Source: an uncultured Nitrososphaerota archaeon (GTDB taxonomy: Archaea > Thermoproteota > Nitrososphaeria > Nitrososphaerales > Nitrosopumilaceae). Taken from it: a stretch of DNA of 64,000 nucleotides. The notes under the pieces were generated by a model. That model saw only the letters and a list, made by a program, of their open reading frames with translations. It did not search any database and was not told where the DNA came from. Where the stretch lies: positions 224,001 to 288,000 of the forward strand of contig CAWGPD010000002.1 in the NCBI GenBank assembly GCA_963824385.1, written 5' to 3'. A program made the translations under genes and the position numbers. This document shows positions 52,510-63,644 of this stretch, one piece after another (positions within the stretch are counted from its first letter, which is position 1; each line of letters starts with the position of its first letter).

Positions 52510-55308
52510 TTGATACAAGATTCCAAATTGTTTACGGTAAGAAAATTTGACTTTCATTTAAGGCATCTACTTGTAATTGGAGTTCTTATAATTTCATTTT
52601 CCATTTCTGTAATGGTTAGATCTCAAGCTGCTGATTATGGTTTCCAATTAAATGAGTTTGATCCATTCTTCAATTACAGGGCAACACAGTACCTATTAGA
52701 TAATGGACTAAATGCATATGTTCATTGGCACGATAATATGAGTTGGTATCCTGAGGGCAGAGATGTTTTTACTAATGCTCAAGTGCCACTACATGTAACA
52801 GATGCAGTTCTATACAAAATCTTTGGCGGTGGATTAAGTCTCTATGATTTTACAATAATTTTTCCAGTAGTTTTTGGTTCTATGACGGTAATAGTCATAT
52901 TTGCACTGGTACGTGTTTTGGGAGGTACTAGTGCAGGACTCTTTGCTTCTCTTTTCTTTGCATTATCACCTGCTATTATAGTCAGAGGAACAATTGGCTG
53001 GTTCAAGTCTGAACCTCTTGGTTTGTTTTATGGGTTATTGGGACTCTATCTATTTCTAAGTGGACTCAAATCAGAAAATAAAAAAATTGCTATAGCCAAG
53101 ATGGTAGGCGGTGGATTCTTTCTAGCTGTAGGTTTTGCGTCTTGGGGTGGAATTGAATTCTTTTTACTTCCTTTAGGATTGTTCTTTGTTGCTTTACCTT
53201 TCATGCGAAAAGATCACAATTTCTTACTCTGGGCAGTTCCATTATTTGTAGCCGTGACTATGCTAGTAGCTGGAGGACTCTTTGCAAGACCTGGTCCAAC
53301 TTTTGTATTTGGAATAAGAGGACTTGCGATGATAGGTCCAACCATAATACTAGTCATAATAATTTTCATTCAAAAATATAGTAAAGAACAACACCGTATG
53401 CGTAATAGTTTACTTGCTCTTGCTATTCTAATAATAGTTGGGAGTGTGATCTTGCTTGGGGGAGGAGCTCTTCACGGTGTAAGCTTCCGTTATCTTAATG
53501 CATTAGACCCCTTCCTAACTTCAGAAGATCCTCTGGTCGATTCAGTTGCAGAACATGCAACTCCTACACTTGCACAGAACTTTAGCTATTTCTCGGTGCT
53601 AATGTTGTTTGCAGGTCTTGGAATATGGCTTATGTTTAGGAAAAAGAACGCCGATACAAAAACATCAGGATTGTCTCTTAGAAATGAGATGATTGTATTT
53701 GCTTTAATTGTGGGTATAGTTGGTGCATATGCTGGTTCTACTTTTACTAGATTGGAATTACTTACAGCAACTTCTGTCATTATACTTTCATCTATAGGTC
53801 TAGCTGCACTCACGGCCGATATTCTAAAACGAGAAAACAAGTCGGTGAAAATTATAGAATCCCCAAAGAAAGGAAAAACTCAAACAAGAAAGGAAACGAC
53901 TCAAACAAAAACAACTGGTGATTTACTTGGAAGAATCTCAAAGATAGCGTTTGTTGCTGTTATAGTGGCATTATTGCTGGTTCCAACCTTGTATCCTGTC
54001 AACGGAAACTGGATAACTGTAACAAAATCTCCACCTACAATTCTAAATGGTGGTTCCAATTTTGCTATTGCCACTAATGACTGGCCAGATGCTCTAAACT
54101 GGATGAAAAATAACACTCCAAAAGATTCCGTAGTTGCTTCATGGTGGGACTATGGATATTGGATACAGACTTTGGGAGAGAGAACTACATTTGTCGATAA
54201 TGCCACAGTTGACACAAATATCATAGCAAACATTGCAAGAATGCTTCTTGATTCTCCTGATGACGCATGGAATGCATTAAAGAAGATGGGGGCAAACTAT
54301 GTTCTAGTTTATGTCGTAGGCCAAAAGTTTGTTTCAAACGGAACTGAGCTTTACGTACTTGGAGGAGGAGGAGATGAAAGCAAGAAACAGTGGTTCATGA
54401 AAATAGGAGGCCTTGATTCATCACAATTCCTACAAGATGATGCATTTACACCGACTGACTATTTCTGGAAAAATACTCTGCTTGGGCAAATGTTTCCATT
54501 CACTCCAGTAACATACTATGATCCAAATACTCACAATGAATCACCAGCCTACACTACTGGTTATACAGCAATTTACACAAAGACCATCAAATATCCATCA
54601 AATGGAGATGGACCACTACGCCTAGCATACATGTCTGCAAGCTTGAATAGAACAGACTCGGGTGTCTTTTCAGGTGTATTGATTTATCAGGTCAATCCTG
54701 ATTATAAACCTCAGACAGCTGCTGCATTGTCTACTAGTAATCCACAAGGGAATAGCTCAAGCACAACAATAAAACCCATAACCGCTACAAATAGTAGTGG
54801 AGACATTGCAGTTATTGATACAAAGTTTGGAGAGATAAAATTCCAATTATTTGATAAGGTGGCACCACAGACAACGGCTAACTTTATCAATCTAGCCAAC
54901 TCTGGTTTTTATGATGGAACTGTATTTCACAGAATAATTCCAGGCTTTATGATTCAAGGTGGTGATCCAAATACAATAAAAGGCGATAGAAGCACTTGGG
55001 GCCTTGGAGATGCAGGACATACAGTTCCAGCAGAATTTAGTTCTAGTATGAATTTTACAAAATACATGGTAGGCATGGCACGCAGTTCTGATGTTAACAG
55101 TGGAAGCTCTCAATTCTTCATTACAGTTGCAGATGCGCCTTGGTTGAATAACCAGTATACTCTATTTGGCCAGGTCATATCTGGTCAAGATGTTGTTGAC
55201 AGGATAGCACAACTACAGACAGATCCTGCTACTAACCAGCCAGTGGTTGCTGATGATGCACGTGTATCAAAAATTAGTATAGAATCATCAAACAGTACGG
55301 CAAAATAA
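52510..55308 (+). CDS. aglB: Oligosaccharyltransferase AglB (STT3) fused to a C-terminal cyclophilin-type PPIase
   Basis: EFDPFF, SVAEH, WWDYG and DNAT (STT3). After a Ser/Thr linker: APQTTANF, FYDGTVFHRIIPGFMIQGGDP, MAR, SQFFI, WLNNQYTLFGQV (cyclophilin). Confidence 0.92.
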   Translation: MIQDSKLFTVRKFDFHLRHLLVIGVLIISFSISVMVRSQAADYGFQLNEFDPFFNYRATQYLLDNGLNAYVHWHDNMSWYPEGRDVFTNAQVPLHVTDAVLYKIFGGGLSLYDFTIIFPVVFGSMTVIVIFALVRVLGGTSAGLFASLFFALSPAIIVRGTIGWFKSEPLGLFYGLLGLYLFLSGLKSENKKIAIAKMVGGGFFLAVGFASWGGIEFFLLPLGLFFVALPFMRKDHNFLLWAVPLFVAVTMLVAGGLFARPGPTFVFGIRGLAMIGPTIILVIIIFIQKYSKEQHRMRNSLLALAILIIVGSVILLGGGALHGVSFRYLNALDPFLTSEDPLVDSVAEHATPTLAQNFSYFSVLMLFAGLGIWLMFRKKNADTKTSGLSLRNEMIVFALIVGIVGAYAGSTFTRLELLTATSVIILSSIGLAALTADILKRENKSVKIIESPKKGKTQTRKETTQTKTTGDLLGRISKIAFVAVIVALLLVPTLYPVNGNWITVTKSPPTILNGGSNFAIATNDWPDALNWMKNNTPKDSVVASWWDYGYWIQTLGERTTFVDNATVDTNIIANIARMLLDSPDDAWNALKKMGANYVLVYVVGQKFVSNGTELYVLGGGGDESKKQWFMKIGGLDSSQFLQDDAFTPTDYFWKNTLLGQMFPFTPVTYYDPNTHNESPAYTTGYTAIYTKTIKYPSNGDGPLRLAYMSASLNRTDSGVFSGVLIYQVNPDYKPQTAAALSTSNPQGNSSSTTIKPITATNSSGDIAVIDTKFGEIKFQLFDKVAPQTTANFINLANSGFYDGTVFHRIIPGFMIQGGDPNTIKGDRSTWGLGDAGHTVPAEFSSSMNFTKYMVGMARSSDVNSGSSQFFITVADAPWLNNQYTLFGQVISGQDVVDRIAQLQTDPATNQPVVADDARVSKISIESSNSTAK

Positions 55309-55317
55309 AACTAGTTA

Positions 55318-55473
55318 CTACTTGTATCTATCTGAAATACGATATCTTGCATACTTGTCATCTGGAGAATATTTTCCTGGATGTACAGTTACAGTCTGGT
55401 GTCCACACTTGGGACACTCGTCCTTTAGGGTATATCTTTTACAATCTGTACATTTTCTCATCTGAAAGTGCAT
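55318..55473 (-). CDS. nop10: Nop10 (H/ACA RNP subunit), 51 aa, absent from the ORF track
   Basis: MHFQMRKCTDCKRYTLKDECPKCGHQTVTVHPGKYSPDDKYARYR; directly downstream of aIF2-alpha. Confidence 0.92.
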   Translation of the reverse strand: MHFQMRKCTDCKRYTLKDECPKCGHQTVTVHPGKYSPDDKYARYRISDRYK

Positions 55474-55474
55474 G

Positions 55475-56281
55475 TTAACCTTCTCTTGTCTTCTTTGATT
55501 CTTCTCTTGTGAACTTGAAGGTGCCTCCCTTCTTCTCTATTACATCCTGTACAGAGGAAATAATTGGTTTGAGTTCCTTTTCAGCCTCCTTAAAGTTTGG
55601 AGCAGTAAGAGTAATGCGATATTTGGGAGCACCAATGTATGTGACAGAGATCTCCTTCTTGTTAGCTGTAGAATCAATTAATGCATGCTTGATTATTTCA
55701 ATGCCGTTTGACTTGTTGCAGGTTAGCTCAAAAATCCCGCGTATCTCAACATGGGGAACCTGAATTTTTGCACCCAATTCTGCAATAATAGATAATGCCT
55801 TTGGAGGAATGTTGAGATTATCTAAAACTGATATGCCTTTGGCTGAAACTTCAGAAAATGCATCATAAACTGAGCCAAATTTTTCTCCTAGGACATTTTC
55901 TAATTTTCCCATCTCCGATTCGGACAAGCTTATACGAGATTTGAGATTTTCAATTAAAGCCTCTTCTTTCTCACCGCGTTTTATCTCTAAAAGTTTCTTC
56001 TTCTTTTGATCAGATGATACCTGTTTTAATGACAAATCTATTTCAGATCTTCGAGGATCTACCCGTTTTACAAGTAAAACTTTTTTCTCGCCTAATTTGA
56101 GAAATTTTGCTACATTTCTTATCCAACCAGTAGCAATTTCTGAGACATGCAAAAATCCTTGGACATTATTATATTCATCAAGTGCAACATAGGCTCCCTG
56201 ATCCACTATTCTTGTAACAGTAGCAATTACAATCTCTCCCACTTCAGGAAAATTCTGAATAGTTGTTGTCATAGCCTTCAA
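55475..56281 (-). CDS. eif2a: Translation initiation factor 2 alpha subunit
   Basis: PEVGEIV, GAYV-LDEY, IDLSLK and YIGAPKYRI (likely start is the ATG at 56272). Confidence 0.95.
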   Translation of the reverse strand: MKAMTTTIQNFPEVGEIVIATVTRIVDQGAYVALDEYNNVQGFLHVSEIATGWIRNVAKFLKLGEKKVLLVKRVDPRRSEIDLSLKQVSSDQKKKKLLEIKRGEKEEALIENLKSRISLSESEMGKLENVLGEKFGSVYDAFSEVSAKGISVLDNLNIPPKALSIIAELGAKIQVPHVEIRGIFELTCNKSNGIEIIKHALIDSTANKKEISVTYIGAPKYRITLTAPNFKEAEKELKPIISSVQDVIEKKGGTFKFTREESKKTREG

Positions 56282-56310
56282 ATTTATTGTACATAATTTA
56301 ATGTTGCTGA

Positions 56311-56841
56311 TTAAAAGTCGATTCCTTTTTTTGCTTTTATTCCAGATTTGAATGGATGTTTAATCTCCCTCATTTCAGTAACTAAATCTGCTTTCTCTAT
56401 TAGTTCATCTTTGGCATAATTTCCAGTAAGAATCAAGCTAAGTTCATCAGGTTTGTTTGAAATAATTTCCAAGACATCTCTTAGATTTATCAGGCCAAGA
56501 TTTATGGCATAATTTATCTCATCTAGTATTACAATGTTGTAAATTTTTGAATTAATTTTCTCTTGAGCAACTCTGAGTGCCTCCTCTGCCACTTTTTTAT
56601 GATCCTCAATGGGACTCTTGTCATCTATTATTCCAATAAAGCCCTTGCCAATTGCAGTAAGTTCAAACTCCGGCTCTAGTCTCTTTGATGATGTCATCTC
56701 GCCGTAATGCCATGAACCCTTGATGAATTGTATCATGCAAACTTTATGATCATAGCCAATTGCACGAAGAGCTATTCCAAGAGCAGCAGTTGTTTTTCCT
56801 TTTCCCTTTCCAGTGTAAACTATTACCAATCCCTTTGTCAT
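56311..56841 (-). CDS. cobO: Cob(I)yrinic acid a,c-diamide adenosyltransferase
   Basis: YTGKGKGKTTAALG, QFIKG, LDEI and KHPF-G--AKKGIDF. Confidence 0.94.
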   Translation of the reverse strand: MTKGLVIVYTGKGKGKTTAALGIALRAIGYDHKVCMIQFIKGSWHYGEMTSSKRLEPEFELTAIGKGFIGIIDDKSPIEDHKKVAEEALRVAQEKINSKIYNIVILDEINYAINLGLINLRDVLEIISNKPDELSLILTGNYAKDELIEKADLVTEMREIKHPFKSGIKAKKGIDF

Positions 56842-56948
56842 TGAAAATATTTTTTATGTGCTAGGTAAAAAGATTGGGTTCAAAAATAGACTTGTCTTGA
56901 TAAAACCACAGCTTATAATATTGAACAAGGAAAATTTGAGTAATACTA

Positions 56949-58178
56949 ATGACTAGAAGTTATGATTATGATGTAGTTGTTGTGGGAGGAGGCCCAGCAG
57001 GCTTGTCAGCAGCATGGGGCGCTGCAAAAAAAGGTCTTAGTGTTGCAGTACTTGAAAGAGATGAGGCAATAGGACAAAATGTTAGAACAAGTGGTGTAAC
57101 ATGGATAAAGGAAGCAAAATCATTTGGCATACCACCTGAGTGTTATAACGAAATAAGCAACTATGCATTTTACTCTCCAAATAATTATGTAATAAAAAAA
57201 AGTGATACTGCCCAAGCTGCAGTTTTGGATGTGAGAAAGACATACCAATTTTTGGCATATCAGGCTGCAAGTGTAGGGGCAGACATTTTTTTAAGAACTA
57301 GTGTAACTGATGCAATAAAAAATGACGAGGGAAAATTAAGTGGAGTAAAGGCAACCTCACTTAAAGAAGAACTAGTTTTTAATTCAAAACTTGTAATAGA
57401 CGCAAGTGGTTTCTACTCTGTTGTAGGAAGATCTCTTGGCATTGTTATGCCATGGAAAAGATTTGGAGCGGGTGCAGAATATGAGGCATATGTCGATAAA
57501 ATTGATTCTGATACATGGTATCTCATGGTGGGTTCGCAGTACTCTCCAGCAGGCTATGCATGGATTTTTCCATTGGGAAAAAATAAGGTCCGTATAGGAG
57601 TGGGAGTAGGAAAACCCAATTCTCAGGCAGATGCAAGCAAACTCTTGATTGAATTGATGGAAAAAAGACCAAAACCGCTAAATGATCTAGGAAGAATTGT
57701 TCCAGTCGAGTTTCATTATGGTCTTATTCCAAATGAAGGACTAAGACAGTCAACCATAGATGATAATCTCATAATGGTAGGAGACTCTGCAGGACAGGCA
57801 AATCCATTGGTTCTAGAAGGGATAAGATATGCAATTGAATTTGGTAGATCTGCAGGAAAAATTGGTGGCGAGTCTGTACTCCAAGGTGATACATCTAAGG
57901 AATCTCTAAAAACCTATGAACAGAACATGAAAAAAGCAATAGGATCAAAGATAACAGCTGCAGTCAAGGTTCAGCATAGGTGGCTAAATCTAAGTGATCA
58001 AGAATGGGACAAAGAAATTGAAATAATAGGAGAACTCTCTGCCGAAGAATTTCTTAATTTCATCAAGGCGGATTTTGGCATGTTTGATATGCTAAAACTT
58101 GCAGCACATCACCCAAAACTTGCACTCCAACAACTTTTCCAGATTGTGAAAAATACTGGCAAAGATGAAGAGGTATGA
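56949..58178 (+). CDS. Geranylgeranyl reductase family FAD-dependent oxidoreductase
   Basis: GGGPAG, GYAWIFP and [13 protein letters not shown]. Confidence 0.88.
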   Translation: MTRSYDYDVVVVGGGPAGLSAAWGAAKKGLSVAVLERDEAIGQNVRTSGVTWIKEAKSFGIPPECYNEISNYAFYSPNNYVIKKSDTAQAAVLDVRKTYQFLAYQAASVGADIFLRTSVTDAIKNDEGKLSGVKATSLKEELVFNSKLVIDASGFYSVVGRSLGIVMPWKRFGAGAEYEAYVDKIDSDTWYLMVGSQYSPAGYAWIFPLGKNKVRIGVGVGKPNSQADASKLLIELMEKRPKPLNDLGRIVPVEFHYGLIPNEGLRQSTIDDNLIMVGDSAGQANPLVLEGIRYAIEFGRSAGKIGGESVLQGDTSKESLKTYEQNMKKAIGSKITAAVKVQHRWLNLSDQEWDKEIEIIGELSAEEFLNFIKADFGMFDMLKLAAHHPKLALQQLFQIVKNTGKDEEV

Positions 58179-59531
58179 ATATTCCAAGAATTATTCTTGC
58201 AGGTGTTACAAGCGGAGTGGGCAAGACATCTATAACAACTGCAATAATCCACGGTCTAAAGGAAAAGGGATACTCGGTTCAGCCCTTTAAGGTGGGACCG
58301 GACTTTATAGATCCTAGTTACCTCAGACTCTGTCTCAGGAAAAGTTGCCCGCAATCTTGATGTCTGGATGATGGGAAAAAGTGGAGTTTTGAAGAATTTC
58401 ATCCAAAATTCACGCCAAGACATTTCTGTTATTGAGGGGGTAATGGGATACTACGATGGATTTGACGGAAAATCAAGCTTTGCAAGCACATATGATGTTG
58501 CAAATATAACAAAATCTAGTGTTATACTTGTTTTGGATGCAAGCAAAGCCGCTCGCTCTGTTGCTGCAACCGCACTTGGATTTGAAAATTTTGAGAAAAA
58601 CTCTAGAATTTGTGGTGTCATACTAAATAAAATTGGAAGCAAAAAACACGAAACTCTGTGCAGGGATGCACTAAAAAAAGTAGGGCTTCCAATACTTGGA
58701 GTCATCCCAAGAAACAATGATCTCAAGCTTGAATCAAGGCATCTTGGATTAATACCTGTAAGAGAAAAGCAATCTCTTGATAGAAAAATCAAGTCTATTG
58801 CAAAATCACTTTCAGGTTTTATTGAAATTGAAAAAATAATTAAACTTGCCAAAGGCGGACCTGATCTGCCCAAAGTACCTAATCCAAAAGATAGGAAAAC
58901 ACAAACCAGAATAGCAGTGGCTATGGATGAGTCCTTTAATTTCTACTATCAGGATAATCTAGACTCGTTAAAAAGACTTGGTGCAGAAATTGTATTCTTT
59001 AGTCCAGTTTCAGATAAAAAAATACCACCATGTGATGGAATCTACATTGGAGGTGGATTTCCAGAAGTCAAAGGAAATCTACTCCAAAGAAATGATATCA
59101 TGAAGAAATTGATAAAAAAATATGCCCAAGATGGAATGCCAATTTATGCAGAGTGTGGAGGTTTGATGTATCTGACCAAACTCATAAGTTACAAGTCTGG
59201 AAAATTCAAGATGGTAGGGCTTTTTGATGCTGTTACTGTAATGGAAAAGAAATTAAAACTAAATTATACCAGTGCCAAGTTAGGACCAAATTCCCCATTT
59301 TCCTTGCAATCAAAAACTATCAAGGGTCACGAGTTTCATTATTCTGAACTGGATTTGTTGTCAAAAGATTCAAAATTTGCATATGAGATGTCCATTGGTA
59401 TTGGCATCAAAGATAAAAAAGATGGCTTGACAGTATACAATACACTTGCGTCATACATGCATGTGCACTTTGATGGCTCTCCAATTGCTTCCAACTTTGT
59501 AAAATCATGCATATCTTATTCAAGAAAGTAA
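58175..59531 (+). CDS. cbiA: Cobyrinate a,c-diamide synthase; apparent +1 frameshift near 58327
   Basis: SGVGKT and [10 protein letters not shown], then RNLD, EGVMG-YDG, RHLGL, FNFYY, AECGG-MYL and GHEFHYS. Confidence 0.92.
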
Positions 59532-59532
59532 A

Positions 59533-60171
59533 CTAAGATTTTGATCTTGCTGCAAGAATTTTGTAAAGTGCATTGATAATTGCAGAGGCACATGGACTGC
59601 CTCCCTTTCTTCCAATGTTTGTGATATATGGTACATTTGTGGTACGAAGCTCATCCTTTGACTCTACTGCACAGACAAATCCCACAGGAATTCCAATTAC
59701 AAGTGCAGGAGACGTTATGCCCTCTTTAATCATCTGTATTACCTCGATGAGTGCAGTAGGTGCATTGCCTATTACTACGATTCCATGGTCCATCTGCTTT
59801 GCTGCTAGTCTCATTGAAGTCTGGGCACGTGTCTTGTTGAGTTTTTTTGCTTCCTCTACTACCTGAGGATCTGATATACTGCATATCACCTGATTTCCAA
59901 ATTTTTTCATATTGTCCTTATTAAAACCGCCTATAACACCATTGACATCAACTATGATATTGCATCCTTTTTGTAATGCATCTATGGCGCTCTGTATTGC
60001 ATCCTTGTGAAACACAACCTTGTTCTGTCTTGCAAAATCAAAATCTGCAGTAGAGTGAATTATTCTTTTTACTATTATCCATTCCTCAGGTGAATATGGA
60101 TGAAAGCCAATCTCGCTATCTATTATCTCCATACTCTTGTCTTCTATTGACTGACCCTTTTGAGTAATCAT
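59533..60171 (-). CDS. cbiC: Precorrin-8X methylmutase
   Basis: IE-KS--II, IHSTAD, IGNAPTAL, PVGFV and GRKGGS. Confidence 0.94.
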   Translation of the reverse strand: MITQKGQSIEDKSMEIIDSEIGFHPYSPEEWIIVKRIIHSTADFDFARQNKVVFHKDAIQSAIDALQKGCNIIVDVNGVIGGFNKDNMKKFGNQVICSISDPQVVEEAKKLNKTRAQTSMRLAAKQMDHGIVVIGNAPTALIEVIQMIKEGITSPALVIGIPVGFVCAVESKDELRTTNVPYITNIGRKGGSPCASAIINALYKILAARSKS

Positions 60172-60914
60172 GTCTCTACCTCTTGGGCTCTCTCAATAAT
60201 CAGGTCAATCATCTTCTGATCAGTTCCTATGTGTTGTGTAATCAAAACTTTTTTCAGCTTGTGCTTTTCCAATGCTGGCCTAAGATCAGCATTGATATCT
60301 GTTTTTACATGTGCCCCCTCATGTAAAAAGTAAAAGACAACCACAAGAACTTCTGGATCTCTTTTCTTGCAGATTTCTATTCCTTGTTCTATGTTTGGCT
60401 CTTCGATCTCAAGAAAACAATAATCTACATTTCTATACAAATGACCAAGTTCATCTACCACATATTTTATTGACATTTTTGCATTAGGATCCTTACTTCC
60501 ATGTCCTATTACCAAGACGTCTACTTTGTCATTTGCTAGTGAGACTTTATCTTTGTCAAGTGCCGATTTGATCCTGCTTTCAACTAGTCTTACAAGAGTC
60601 ATGTGCATGGACATGGGTTTTGTGACAAGAAACTTGACACTCGTTGTTGTCTGATATTTCATGACTTCTGTAACAGCTGCCTTTACTTTTTTTCCTGGAT
60701 ACAAAAAGTACGGCACTATGGTAAGATAATCTATATCACTTTTTAAGCACTTTTTAATTCCGTCTTCGATGTATGGTGGTGTTACTTCTAGAAAACAGTA
60801 TTCAGCAAAATCATAACCGCCTTTCTTCTTTATTTCCTTGCAAATAGTTTCAAGCTCCTCGCTGACTTCTCTTTCCTTACTTCCTCTATCTATTAACAAA
60901 AGTCCACGCTTCAA
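60168..60914 (-). CDS. cbiX: Sirohydrochlorin cobaltochelatase (two-domain CbiX)
   Basis: Duplicated (R/H)GS...FLE...P...(P/F)YFL..G units; GAHVKTDI. Confidence 0.88.
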   Translation of the reverse strand: MKRGLLLIDRGSKEREVSEELETICKEIKKKGGYDFAEYCFLEVTPPYIEDGIKKCLKSDIDYLTIVPYFLYPGKKVKAAVTEVMKYQTTTSVKFLVTKPMSMHMTLVRLVESRIKSALDKDKVSLANDKVDVLVIGHGSKDPNAKMSIKYVVDELGHLYRNVDYCFLEIEEPNIEQGIEICKKRDPEVLVVVFYFLHEGAHVKTDINADLRPALEKHKLKKVLITQHIGTDQKMIDLIIERAQEVET

Positions 60915-61977
60915 TTTGTTCTCCTTGCTATTGCAATTGTAAGGTTTGGAGGAAATTTATGTTTCTGTACAATCAACTCTCCTCCTGAGGCCTTGATTGC
61001 AGCAGACTTCTGATACACTTGGTGTGCCCTCAAACGTTTGCACAATATCTGAGGGATTGGGTATGCTTATGGCAGAAAGTTCTGTCTTGTCAAAATACTC
61101 CAATGGCACATTCATCTCATCTGATAACTCCTGTAATCCCTTTACATCATCGTCTTTTTTAATTGATGCAAATTTTGCAACTGATTTTGGACTCATCTTG
61201 AATTTAGACAAGCAAAAATTCATTCCTTCCCTAATGGTATCTTTAGTGGTATCCCAATGTAGGCCTACTCCAACAACTAGAGTCTTTGGCCTGTAAATGA
61301 CAATGCGATCTTGGATTTCCTTGTTTTCTATTATTTTATCAGAAATTATAAGAAATCCCTTACAGTCAGATGATATCATCTCATCAAATGATTTGTAAAT
61401 GTGAACATTTTTTGGGAGACTCTTTTTTTGGTAACCACCAATCTTTTTCTCCTGCGTCTTGAAAGACACCAATTTTTTCTTCATTTACCATAAACGCACT
61501 AACCTTTGTTACGCTAGAAGTTTCATCAATACTCCAACCAAATTCCCTTCCAAGTAGGTCTACTGCAATTGTCTTGTTCACATCTGCCGCAGTAGTAATA
61601 ACTGGAATGGCACCAATCGAAGAAGCTATTTTCTCGGCAAGATCATTTGCACCTCCCAGGTGGCCAGAGAGTGTGCTTATGACAAATTTTGCAGTATCAT
61701 CAATGACTACTACTGCAGGATCTGTTTTTTTGTCTATCATATGTGGTGCAATCAATCTTATCACTGCACCAAGGGAAAAAATGCATACTAGTGCTTCATT
61801 ATTTTGGAACAACTCTTTTACCTTAAGGGTGGTTGATTCATCAAACCACTCTATGTCTTTTCCATCTTGGCGAAGCTTTGAGGGGGAAAATATCTTCCAT
61901 GTTGGAAAATGTTGTTTGAGCAAATGTGCTGTAGCAATACCGTTTTTTGTTATGGCAATTATTGCTACGTTTTCCAC
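60911..61977 (-). CDS. cbiG: Cobalt-precorrin-5A hydrolase; apparent +1 indels near 61430 and 61005
   Basis: GAVIR-IAP, K-TDPAV, LSGH-GGAN, VITTA, RP--LVVGVG and TPSVSE. Corrected C-terminus EAAA...KFPPNLTIAIAR ends at TGA 60911-60913. Confidence 0.88.
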
Positions 61978-61989
61978 AATGTAATTTTT

Positions 61990-63105
61990 CTAGGTCTTAA
62001 GATATTTGTTACTCTTTGGAAAAACCCCTATTACCTTACCGTCAAAATCAAACATTATAACCTCAATCTCAAACTTGTTATCAGAATATTTTCCTAGTTG
62101 TTTGTGCGCCTCTGAGCAAACAATGTCAAAATAGCCAGAAATGTTTTTTTCATTTATAATATCAAATACATGCCTTGCAGTGTTTGCCTTTTTGATATTA
62201 TCTACTACCTCTTGTGATGCCTTGCATCTCTTGGCCAAATCTGCAAGAAATTCCATGTCTACCTTTGAGCCCTTTACATGAGTCTGTTTTACCCCCATTG
62301 CCATTTTTGCTAACTTTCCGATAAATCCAGCAACATATGCTTTCTTGATGTCTTTCTTTGCACAAACCTGTACGGTATATCCTGAAAAATCTCCCATTTG
62401 TACAAAACAATGGTCTGGCAAATTAATTATCTTTCTTGCAAAATCTTCACTTCTTCCACCTGTTGTTAAAACAACAGTATCATCTCCCATTGCTCTAGTA
62501 ACTTCGATACTCTGTCTAATTGCTGCAGCAAATGATGCTGTAGAATATGGAACAACTATGCCACTTGTTCCAAGAATTGAAATGCCTCCGATAATCCCAA
62601 GTCTTGGGTTGTCTGTCTTGAGTGCAAGATCTCTTCCCTTTGGTACTGATATCAATACTCTGATTCCATTTTTTACAAGAAGATCTTTTGCTACTTCCAA
62701 AATGTTTTCTTTAATCATCTTTTTTGGAGTTGGGTTTATAGCAGCAGTACCTATCTCTAATCCTAATCCGGGTTTGGTAACTCTGCCAACTCCTTCTCCT
62801 CCATCAATTTCAATCTCTCCTGGTTTTTCAGTAAGTGAGATCTCTGTTACAATTTCAGCTCCATGAGTGACATCGGGATCATCTCCGCCATCTTTTATCA
62901 CTATACATGTAGAACTGTTTTCACTAAATTTACAATCTTCAATTTTTATTCGAATCTGAGATTTTTTGGGTAAGGTAACCTCGACAGAATCTATCTTTTT
63001 TTGATCTATGATTGCAAGTATTCCAGCTTTTGCACCAGCCGTTGCAGAGGTTCCCGTGGTAAAACCTGTTCTCATCTTTCCTTTTGGTTTCTCTTCTTCT
63101 CCCAT
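61990..63105 (-). CDS. cbiD: Cobalt-precorrin-5B C1-methyltransferase
   Basis: GFTTGT-A, KDGGDDPDVTHG, GVGRVTKPGL, AINPTP and NPRLGIIGGISILGT. Confidence 0.95.
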   Translation of the reverse strand: MGEEEKPKGKMRTGFTTGTSATAGAKAGILAIIDQKKIDSVEVTLPKKSQIRIKIEDCKFSENSSTCIVIKDGGDDPDVTHGAEIVTEISLTEKPGEIEIDGGEGVGRVTKPGLGLEIGTAAINPTPKKMIKENILEVAKDLLVKNGIRVLISVPKGRDLALKTDNPRLGIIGGISILGTSGIVVPYSTASFAAAIRQSIEVTRAMGDDTVVLTTGGRSEDFARKIINLPDHCFVQMGDFSGYTVQVCAKKDIKKAYVAGFIGKLAKMAMGVKQTHVKGSKVDMEFLADLAKRCKASQEVVDNIKKANTARHVFDIINEKNISGYFDIVCSEAHKQLGKYSDNKFEIEVIMFDFDGKVIGVFPKSNKYLKT

Positions 63106-63145
63106 GAAGATGACTTAATTTCTTATGTATTAATCCCTTATCAGA

Positions 63146-63586
63146 TTATTTCAATATGCTTGATAGAATTATCCAAAGGGCAATTGCTCCTAATCCTCCA
63201 TAAAGTATTAAATGAGTACTCATTGGGGAGGATTTTTTTTCTTGGTTATGTTCATAGTCTTGAGTAACTTTTGCCCCAAACTCATGTCTAAATTCAGCAA
63301 AGTTTGCTCCAAAATTAAATTCCTCACTTGTGTCCTTGTTATACTTTTTCCAAAAATCAGAATATTTTGCAGCTACCTCACTTTCTGAAATCTTGTCCTT
63401 TTTCTTCTCGTTATTTCTTAATTGCTGATACGCCTCAATTATCTTCTTGAATCTCTCTTCATTCTTGTCGTCCTTATTCCTATCCGGATGATACTTTAGT
63501 GAAAGTTGTCTGTATGCATTCTTTATCTCCTTTTGTGAAGCTCCTACTTGGATGCCTAAGATCTGATGGCAGTCTACTATATTCAA
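63146..63586 (-). CDS. J-domain protein with a C-terminal TM helix
   Basis: EIKNAYR-L--KYHPD and FK-I-EAY; hydrophobic C-terminus. Confidence 0.88.
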   Translation of the reverse strand: MNIVDCHQILGIQVGASQKEIKNAYRQLSLKYHPDRNKDDKNEERFKKIIEAYQQLRNNEKKKDKISESEVAAKYSDFWKKYNKDTSEEFNFGANFAEFRHEFGAKVTQDYEHNQEKKSSPMSTHLILYGGLGAIALWIILSSILK

Positions 63587-63644
63587 CTATCATATTATAC
63601 GATGAAGACCAAAATTAATTTGTCGGCATTAATCTCTGTTTTGT

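Noticed and set aside
4810..63105. Cobalamin genes in two clusters as a novelty
   Set aside because: Cobalamin synthesis is an established trait of ammonia-oxidising archaea; nothing unusual is seen here.
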